Virus record (IMG/VR): IMGVR_UViG_3300020041_000030
Location: 1 to 6,007 of that record
Reading direction: 5' to 3' (one strand)
From: a virus
Length of the DNA: 6,007 nucleotides
In this document: positions 5,719 to 6,007 of the stretch, piece after piece
Numbering within the stretch: the stretch's first letter is position 1
How the letters are laid out: each line of letters opens with the position of its first letter
Translations under genes and position numbers: made by a program
Notes under the pieces: generated by a model
The model's input: the letters and a program-made list of their open reading frames with translations, nothing else
The model's database searches: none
Told to the model about the DNA's origin: nothing

Positions 5719-5910
5719 CTACAAGTGGGTTATATTGTTAGAACGAATGATGTAATCGACACGAACAGTATCGACGTGCACACCACTGCGCTGCATCCTA
5801 GCTTGAGCCGCACACGACGACAAGAAAAAGGCAGCCAAAGCAGCAACAATGGAAGAAACAAGCGTCCAAAAAGCCTTCGACTTGTAAAAGGGGGTTTTAA
5901 CGTCTGACAT
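5719..5910 (-). CDS. Small predicted lipoprotein (63-aa precursor, 31-aa mature lipopeptide); function unknown
   Basis: ATG at 5910..5908; the TAG stop at 5721..5719 lies 1 nt before the VP2 ATG. The sequence is MSDVKTPFYKSKAFWTLVSSIVAALAAFFLSSC/AAQ.... It has a basic n-region, a hydrophobic core, and a lipobox L-S-S-C (aa 30-33, Cys codon 5814..5812). Confidence 0.6.
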   Translation of the reverse strand: MSDVKTPFYKSKAFWTLVSSIVAALAAFFLSSCAAQARMQRSGVHVDTVRVDYIIRSNNITHL

Positions 5911-5914
5911 AAAT

Positions 5915-6007
5915 TCAAGAGATTAAAGAACGATAGAAAAATGCGCGGCCTCTCCTGCAGTCGTTACCAATAACCTTCAGCAATTCACGAACTCTTGCAG
6001 AAGGGGT
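5915..6007 (-). CDS. Junction-spanning 35-aa arginine-rich ORF (J/VP5-like DNA-binding protein candidate). This interval shows 30 codons plus the stop; the first 5 codons including the ATG lie at 79..65.
   Basis: On the circle, the ATG is at 79..77 and the ORF runs 79..1 then 5943..5915 (TGA at 5917..5915). Translation: MLRARTPSARVRELLKVIGNDCRRGRAFFYRSLIS, with 8 Arg + 1 Lys versus 2 acidic residues. It starts 22 nt after the 98-aa ORF stop and ends 4 nt before the lipoprotein ATG. Caveats: it is short, its Arg codons derive from the GC-rich hairpin arms, and it overlaps the terminator-like element. Confidence 0.35.
   Translation of the reverse strand, partial: TPSARVRELLKVIGNDCRRGRAFFYRSLIS
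5944..6007. repeat. Terminal direct repeat, copy 2 (redundant copy of 1..64)
   Basis: Identical to 1..64. Position 5943 is the last unique base. Confidence 0.95.

Noticed and set aside
5730-5918. 62-aa hydrophobic ORF overlapping the lipoprotein ORF in the +1 frame
   Set aside because: It requires a TTG start and has no lipobox in proper register (PFSC). It belongs to the genome-wide class of compositional +1 ORFs. The ATG-initiated 63-aa frame abuts VP2 and has a canonical SPII signal.

Overview
The window is one complete, circularly permuted genome of a small ssDNA phage of the family Microviridae, not phiX-like and closer to gokushovirus/alpavirus types. Positions 1..64 are repeated exactly at 5944..6007, flush with both window edges, so the real molecule is a 5,943-nt circle. 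All credible genes are on the - strand and are tightly packed, with 1-22 nt gaps or a 1-nt overlap. Reading the - strand, the order is: a 63-aa predicted lipoprotein; VP2 pilot/minor capsid protein (419 aa); two unknown ORFs (about 105 and 107 aa); a 225-nt hairpin-rich non-coding region; a 72-aa ORF coupled by TAATG to the VP4 HUH/two-tyrosine replication initiator (356 aa); VP1 major capsid protein (598 aa); a very acidic 98-aa protein; and a 35-aa arginine-rich ORF that appears only after the window is circularised. I see no rRNA, tRNA, CRISPR array, integrase or transposase. No gene has a Shine-Dalgarno sequence, and one gap carries a TTTG-N19-TAnnTTTG motif, which points to a Bacteroidota host. 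That host call is an inference. The items most worth follow-up are: (1) the small lipoprotein upstream of VP2, a possible lysis or exclusion function in a genome with no recognisable lysis gene; (2) the junction-spanning J-like basic micro-ORF; (3) the two-ORF cassette flanked by a promoter-like motif and a terminator-like hairpin, sitting where gokushoviruses carry VP3; (4) the hairpin cluster in the only large non-coding region. All functional assignments for the small ORFs are hypotheses. Only VP1, VP2 and VP4 are recognised from sequence motifs.
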